Positions 60,166-64,000 of a stretch of 64,000 nucleotides of DNA are shown piece by piece; position 1 is the stretch's first letter, and each line of letters opens with the position of its first letter. The position numbers were made by a program, and so were the translations under genes. Source of the stretch: Candidatus Omnitrophota bacterium (GTDB lineage Bacteria > Omnitrophota > Gorgyraeia > Duberdicusellales > 4484-171); the NCBI GenBank assembly GCA_016935525.1, contig JAFGQU010000004.1, forward strand, positions 1,314-65,313, read 5' to 3'. The notes beneath the pieces were generated by a model. It had not been told where the DNA came from and searched no databases. It worked only from the letters and a program-made list of their open reading frames with translations.

Positions 60166-61191
60166 TTACGAAGGGAGAAAAGAATCGATCCGTGCAGGAT
60201 CCTTTGCGTAAAAGCGCGAAGGGCCGTCTAATATCTTCCATTCGGCTTCTTCGAAGACTTTCCGGCAATCAAGAACACTCATCCCCCGCGCTCCTTTGGT
60301 CTCTTCTTTTGTGTCACGAGGGTTCGCCCCCACTTCAGCCCATAAAAGGTTCGCACCGGCAGCTACACCGATCACGTTCGGCTCATGAGTACAGTTACCG
60401 GGTATGGTCGACGGCAACGCCAACCGTACCACCGCGATAATATGAGCCATTCTCGCTTCACTGACCATGCCGTATTGAGCGAGATGAGTATCGGGAATCA
60501 AGATACGCCGGGCCGCACCGCTGTAACAGGGTTCGGCATCACGGGTAATAATTGTTTTTTCGACCAGTTCTTCAATAGAATGTTCGTTCCCTACCGGCTC
60601 AAGACAGGTACCCAGGGTAAGCCCGGCTTCTTTGGCGTGACGAAATGTATCAAGCCTTTTTTGTGATGAAATCGTCGTATCCCTTCCTTCTCCTAGACGG
60701 ACGGCGTGATATATTCCGGAAAACCCAGTCGCTTTTAACTGTTTTGCCTCTTCATAAGTAAAATCACCGACATTGGCGATAAGCACCGTATCGGATTTAA
60801 GTGCCCGGCGGATCTCCCTGCCTATTTCGATAAACTTCCCGAAGGGATAATCGGCAGTCGCCATGACAAAAATAGCGTTGGCTCCATCCGCTTCAAATTG
60901 AAGAGTACGACAGACCGCTTCTTGGGGAGCAATCTCACTTTTTCCCTTGAATACCTTATTCACTGCGGCAAACGCACAAAATTTACAGTTGCGAGGGCAG
61001 GGGGCGATGTTTAAACCTACCTGAGCATGGACTTCCGCTAACCCGCCTGAAGACTGTTCGCTTTTTTCCCGTGCGGCAGCAATAATACACGCCGATTCTT
61101 CGGAAAATAACGGCACTCTAAACAGTCGCGCTATTTCCTGTTCATTCAATATTTCATCAGCCATAGATTTTTTGATAATTTCTCTAATCAT
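60166..61191 (-). CDS. Biotin-synthase-like radical SAM protein of unknown function
   Basis: CPRNCKFC, YHAVRLGEG, GANLLWAE.G.NPRD; lacks typical BioB YNHNL. Confidence 0.8.
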   Translation of the reverse strand: MIREIIKKSMADEILNEQEIARLFRVPLFSEESACIIAAAREKSEQSSGGLAEVHAQVGLNIAPCPRNCKFCAFAAVNKVFKGKSEIAPQEAVCRTLQFEADGANAIFVMATADYPFGKFIEIGREIRRALKSDTVLIANVGDFTYEEAKQLKATGFSGIYHAVRLGEGRDTTISSQKRLDTFRHAKEAGLTLGTCLEPVGNEHSIEELVEKTIITRDAEPCYSGAARRILIPDTHLAQYGMVSEARMAHIIAVVRLALPSTIPGNCTHEPNVIGVAAGANLLWAEVGANPRDTKEETKGARGMSVLDCRKVFEEAEWKILDGPSRFYAKDPARIDSFLPS

Positions 61192-61208
61192 ATAAACTCC
61201 TTATCTTA

Positions 61209-61772
61209 TCAGGGAACTAATTTTTTATAAAAAAGATCTATTTTCTTATTCAATACTTTCTCGTTAAGATCGCGACTCTGTAAAGGCAGAGTAGGATATT
61301 CTATAGTCTGCTTATCGGATATCAATTCAGCCAGCTGGACGAGAGCATTTTCAACCCCTGTTTTATTGGTAGTGCCGAAAAGACCGATTTTTTTAGAAGA
61401 CACATCATCATATTGAGTGACAAACGTCCTTACCGCCGGAGTGACGTTACCGAACCAACTAGGGGTGCCAATCAAAATAATGTCATAATTTTGCGGATCA
61501 AGAACAAGGGGCTCAATTTCAGTGAGATTGCCAGCAAGAGCATCTTTTCCCGCCCGGGAAAAACCGACCGGACCGGTACGTTTTCTCCTATCAATCAGGC
61601 GCTCAGTATCGGCATTAAACTTTTTAGCCAGCTTTTCAGCTACCATATGCGTCGTCCCCGTACGGGAATAGTATACTACCAGTACTTGAGGGGTATTTTG
61701 AGAAAATATCTCAGATGGGAAGAACAAAACGCATAATAAAAATAATTTGACGAAAATCAACCTCATCATCAT
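61209..61772 (-). CDS. Flavodoxin-like protein with signal peptide
   Basis: LVVYYSRTGTT, YD.I.IGTP.W, PAVRTF; hydrophobic N-terminus. Confidence 0.82.
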   Translation of the reverse strand: MMMRLIFVKLFLLCVLFFPSEIFSQNTPQVLVVYYSRTGTTHMVAEKLAKKFNADTERLIDRRKRTGPVGFSRAGKDALAGNLTEIEPLVLDPQNYDIILIGTPSWFGNVTPAVRTFVTQYDDVSSKKIGLFGTTNKTGVENALVQLAELISDKQTIEYPTLPLQSRDLNEKVLNKKIDLFYKKLVP

Positions 61773-61785
61773 AGGACTGTTCTTT

Positions 61786-62730
61786 CTATGATACTCCAGA
61801 TACAGATAAAAATCTATCCTTGTTTTCTGCCATAGACGTCTTCCACCGATCATGTATCCAACCCCACTGAGCAGGATATTTCCTTATCCACGTTTCAATC
61901 ACTCCCGTATAGCGGGTAACGTTTTTTTGGATAACAAGACTTTTATCGCCATCATTTTCCAACTGCTGAAAAGGCATAATTTCTATGGTATACGTATGGT
62001 CGGGATGAGACCGTATATACATCGGTACAATCGGAGCCCCGGTGCGCAAGGCAAAAATAACCGGGCCCGGAGGAGTTGATGCCGGTCTATTGAAAAAATC
62101 CACCCATATTCCCCGCGATCCGTTATCCTGATCCATCTGGATACATACAATCCGATTAGACCGTAACGCTTCTAGCGTTTCGGACACCGCCTGTCTACGC
62201 GGCAAAGAATAAATCGTTCTCACATCAAAACGATCACGTAGTTTCTTAAAAAACAAACCAACTTCTTCGTCTTTCATCGGCCGGGTAAACACAGAAAATG
62301 GCAAACCGGCCCGGGCAAGCGCCAGATGCAGTAAGGGAAAATTACCAAAGTGGGCAGTAAGCGCAATCACTCCTCGCTTTTTTTCTAATGCTGAAATAAG
62401 ATGCTCTTTTCCATAAATCGTAATCGGCAAAGAACTCTGGGGATGTTGCAGGAAATAAAGAGTGTCAAACGCATTGTGAACCATATGACAACACATATCT
62501 TTTATGATCTGAACTCTTTGCGTTTGAGAAAGATCAGGGAAAGCGGTTTTAAGATTGTTTTCTGCTTTACTGAGCGTCTGCGAAGCACTACGATAAAACA
62601 ACCCACCTACTCTTGTTGAAATAAAGAAGCCACAACAACGAGGGATCATACCAATTCCGCGAAAGAGTAATTCCAAAGCAAAGATTAAAAAAATCTTTCT
62701 GAATGTCCTTTTTATCTTTTTTTTACTCAT
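61786..62730 (-). CDS. Lipid A late acyltransferase (LpxL/HtrB-like)
   Basis: TAHFGNF, MDQD, VDFF, A.RTGAPIVP, IRKYPAQW.W.H.RWK. Confidence 0.88.
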   Translation of the reverse strand: MSKKKIKRTFRKIFLIFALELLFRGIGMIPRCCGFFISTRVGGLFYRSASQTLSKAENNLKTAFPDLSQTQRVQIIKDMCCHMVHNAFDTLYFLQHPQSSLPITIYGKEHLISALEKKRGVIALTAHFGNFPLLHLALARAGLPFSVFTRPMKDEEVGLFFKKLRDRFDVRTIYSLPRRQAVSETLEALRSNRIVCIQMDQDNGSRGIWVDFFNRPASTPPGPVIFALRTGAPIVPMYIRSHPDHTYTIEIMPFQQLENDGDKSLVIQKNVTRYTGVIETWIRKYPAQWGWIHDRWKTSMAENKDRFLSVSGVS

Positions 62731-62741
62731 AGATTGGGAAA

Positions 62742-63449
62742 TTATAGTTTAATATGGTATTTTATTTTTTGGAACACTTCGGAATAATATGTCTTATATA
62801 TGTAGCGGCCTACCGAACGGGCCATATCGATCGCTTCCTGATTTTCCGTATAACTGGCGACATTCCCATTAAACAGCCTGTTGATCTTTTCCACGTCACA
62901 GGTTTTATACATTTCCTTGATAACCGGCTCCATCAGAGAAATCCCCGCGCAGATGACCGGGGCAGCACCCAGTCCCCGCAGATTATGTAATAATCCGGAT
63001 AAAGCACCTTCATTGCCGATCGTCGCCGAGATAGCAAGATTGCCGACCGGTTTTCCTGAGAACGGATTATCGCGCATCTTAAGACTTCTCAACCCCATCA
63101 ATCTTCCCCTCTCCCGCTCGTGGAATACACGGGAACGCTGGATAAAATTAATCACACAGGCCGGCTGTTGATAGGAATAGACCGGGGAGGAAAAAATGAG
63201 CCCGTCGGCCCCGGCTACTTTGTCGAAAAGCTCTTTTCCGTCATCCTCAGGATCGGAAAAAAGCGGACAGTCTTTGCCGCAAAAACACAGGTCACAGGAA
63301 GTACAGGGTTTAAGGTTGTATTGGATAAGGCGTATCGACTCCGTCGCCGCGCCGAGCGCCGCTGCCGCAGCAAGAGATTCATTTAGAAACCACTCGCTTG
63401 CCGCTTTCCCGTTTTTCTTATTCGTTCCGCAGATACCTAATATCTTCAT
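62742..63449 (-). CDS. Iron-sulfur flavoprotein / NADPH-dependent FMN reductase family
   Basis: MKILGICG, PCTSCDLC....DC, DD, ADGLIFSSPVY; AAGGAG RBS before 63449. Confidence 0.85.
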   Translation of the reverse strand: MKILGICGTNKKNGKAASEWFLNESLAAAAALGAATESIRLIQYNLKPCTSCDLCFCGKDCPLFSDPEDDGKELFDKVAGADGLIFSSPVYSYQQPACVINFIQRSRVFHERERGRLMGLRSLKMRDNPFSGKPVGNLAISATIGNEGALSGLLHNLRGLGAAPVICAGISLMEPVIKEMYKTCDVEKINRLFNGNVASYTENQEAIDMARSVGRYIYKTYYSEVFQKIKYHIKL

Positions 63450-63734
63450 CGTTTTGCTCCTTCCGTATGAATGTTTTTTCATATCTATACTCTCCAAAAA
63501 AAATAAACCGTTCCCAGGTTTATAGATACACTGAGAACGGCTTTGTTCACAGGAGAAATATAGAATGATTATTACAAAATAATAATTCCTGTCAAGCATT
63601 TTTTAAAAAATATCCCGGCTCTCTGCTTGCATACACCCCGGCTGACCAAAAAGCCTTTATTTTCAAGGTAAAATAGACTGGAAACCCGGGAATTGTTTGT
63701 GGTATATTTTAACCATAAGCCCAGGAGGTAAAAA

Positions 63735-63923
63735 ATGATAACCGTGGCTGATGTGTATGCGGTAAGCGCAGTCACATCTTCAAATGCAGTAAACAAAAGT
63801 ATTGCCGAAGCTCTGCTTACCGCAATGACCCAATTAAATACCCAGATCACCAAACCTTCGGCCTCAGCTAAAGTCGATTTCTCACAGGTACTGAATCCCG
63901 CACAAGTCGATATTTACGTATAA
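63735..63923 (+). CDS. Small protein resembling YjfB-like proteins
   Basis: CAGGAGG RBS; Ala/Ser-rich helix ending VDIYV. Confidence 0.55.
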   Translation: MITVADVYAVSAVTSSNAVNKSIAEALLTAMTQLNTQITKPSASAKVDFSQVLNPAQVDIYV

Positions 63924-63979
63924 TTAGTCTCTGGTAGAAAACATAGCTACTATCGACTAGAGACCAGAGACTAGAGACT
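63924..63979. repeat. Heptamer-periodic element of the GACTAGA family
   Basis: tagtctctggt ... actatc gactaga gaccaga gactaga gact. Confidence 0.7.
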
Positions 63980-64000
63980 CTATTTTATGGTACAATACCT

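Noticed and set aside
63555-63595. Third Fur box upstream of the iron-sulfur flavoprotein
   Set aside because: Only a partial AATAATCATT match within AT-rich DNA; too weak to call.
17613-63979. Short repeat arrays as CRISPR
   Set aside because: Units are 7-9 bp, degenerate and contiguous, with no unique spacers and no cas genes.

Overview
This is a gene-dense bacterial chromosome segment with nearly all genes on the minus strand. Gene content suggests an anaerobic diderm bacterium; Omnitrophota is my guess from protein style only. I saw no rRNA, tRNA or CRISPR array. Main blocks from left to right: a truncated PAS sensor, a radical SAM gene and copA; a PEGA/processive GT2/clan GH-A hydrolase/B12 radical SAM cluster; an acr3-arsC operon headed by a Cys-rich DUF134 protein (not ArsR) behind a perfect 26-bp operator-like palindrome; a RAYT transposase bracketed by two identical inverted REP hairpins; a NikR-regulated porin + NikMN unit; AbrB-TolC-MacAB; a HpnK-like/B12 rSAM/GT39 cluster; a divergent type IB topoisomerase; malQ-treT; a PurF lacking its catalytic Cys; two divergent PFKs with opposite ATP/PPi signatures; an Rrf2-YezD(DUF2292) unit followed by a hairpin/terminator attenuator-like leader before a TauE transporter; and a Fur-DUF5320-NifB/X operon with Fur boxes. 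Intergenic regions hold many 7-, 8- and 9-bp periodic repeat hairpins and palindromic mini-elements. All product calls come from motif recognition by eye; no database searches were run.
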